The notes under the pieces: generated by a model | The model's database searches: none | What the model was told of the DNA's origin: nothing | The model's input: only the letters and a program-made list of their open reading frames with translations | NCBI RefSeq assembly: GCF_003334255.1 | Contig: NZ_QOWU01000275.1 | DNA: 257 nucleotides | Direction: 5' to 3' (one strand) | From: Escherichia coli | GTDB taxonomy: Bacteria; Pseudomonadota; Gammaproteobacteria; Enterobacterales; Enterobacteriaceae | Program-made: the position numbers and the translations under genes | Shown here: positions 1 to 257 of the stretch, in pieces | Numbering within the stretch: the first letter of the stretch is position 1 | Layout of the letters: each line of letters starts with the position of its first letter

Positions 1-257
1 GTGCGTTTTTCCGGGTCATAGTTTGACGGCACCTGGATGATGCGACCGCGGATATGGTAGTTCACCGTCATCTGCTGACCACCAAACTGCTCCGCATCCA
101 CCTGCATCCCCACAATGGCCGTGTTCGGGTAGCACTGTTTCACATCGATGATTTCGGTGTATGACGACCACAGCGTTCTGTTCTGCAGCTGGTCCGTGGT
201 GCTGTCCGCCGTCTCCCTGACCATCCGGATGTTAAAGGGGCGGGGAGGCAGATTATC
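1..257 (-). CDS. J: Internal fragment (partial at both ends) of a lambdoid phage tail tip / host specificity protein J (central tail fibre, lambda gpJ family). Complete codons span + coordinates 3-257 read on the minus strand; bases 1-2 belong to the next codon.
   Basis: Seen in sequence: the minus-strand frame anchored at position 257 is open for all 85 codons, while all three plus-strand frames contain stops (e.g. tag at 19-21, tga at 24-26 and 39-41). Translation is DNLPPRPFNIRMVRETADSTTDQLQNRTLWSSYTEIIDVKQCYPNTAIVGMQVDAEQFGGQQMTVNYHIRGRIIQVPSNYDPEKR. Recognition from memory, not a database search: the blocks NLPPRPFNIRM (+ coords 222-254), LWSSYTEIIDVKQCYPNTA (117-173) and YHIRGRIIQVPSNY (18-59) closely match what I recall of phage lambda J roughly 180-270 residues from its N-terminus. 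Codon usage and GC content fit an enterobacterial lambdoid tail module. Confidence 0.85.

Noticed and set aside
1-21. gtg at positions 1-3 on the plus strand as a possible alternative start codon.
   Set aside because: The frame terminates at tag (19-21) after six codons, and the region is inside the minus-strand J coding sequence.
93-108. Short direct repeat gcatcc (93-98 and 103-108).
   Set aside because: A 6-bp repeat within coding sequence (antisense of GGATGC in codons for G-M-Q-V-D-A). It is too short and lacks spacer/repeat architecture to be a CRISPR or iteron-like element.
27-164. Plus-strand open frame of about 45 codons (frame 3, from cgg at 27 to tga at 162-164), with an internal atg at 54-56.
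   Set aside because: It is the exact antisense frame of the much longer, homology-supported minus-strand J reading frame. Antisense frames of GC-rich coding sequence are often open by chance. It is bounded by stops within the window and I recognise no protein similarity.
46-188. Palindromic hexamers ccgcgg (46-51), atcgat (144-149) and ctgcag (183-188).
   Set aside because: Isolated 6-bp palindromes are expected by chance in 257 bp. There are no paired inverted repeats with a loop that would suggest a terminator or operator, and all lie within the open reading frame.
236-250. Purine/G-rich run aaaggggcggggagg on the plus strand containing a Shine-Dalgarno-like GGAGG (244-248).
   Set aside because: No start codon follows within the window, and the stretch is explained as the antisense of the conserved codons for LPPRPF in J (CCT CCC CGC CCC TTT). 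It is a coding-driven coincidence, not a ribosome-binding site or G-quadruplex element.
1-257. Possibility of a tRNA, CRISPR array, insertion-sequence end or intrinsic terminator.
   Set aside because: There is no stem-loop followed by a T-run on either strand (the ttttt at 6-10 is preceded by no GC-rich hairpin), no regularly spaced repeats and no terminal inverted repeats. The whole window is accounted for by one continuous coding frame.

Overview
The whole 257-bp window is an internal fragment of a single protein-coding gene on the minus strand, with no start or stop codon inside the window. The reverse-complement frame whose codons occupy + coordinates 257 down to 3 is open throughout (85 codons) and translates to DNLPPRPFNIRMVRETADSTTDQLQNRTLWSSYTEIIDVKQCYPNTAIVGMQVDAEQFGGQQMTVNYHIRGRIIQVPSNYDPEKR. 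I recognise this as the N-terminal-proximal conserved part of a lambdoid phage tail tip / host specificity protein J (lambda gpJ family), as found in lambda-like prophages of enterobacteria. By my hand count the window is about 56% GC, which fits an enterobacterial lambdoid tail module. I see no RNA gene, CRISPR array, mobile-element end, promoter or terminator. I also see nothing that supports a novel or undescribed system in this window: it is an ordinary piece of a well-known phage structural gene. Anything of interest would lie in the flanking sequence, namely the J C-terminal receptor-binding region and the cargo region downstream of J, which are not visible here.
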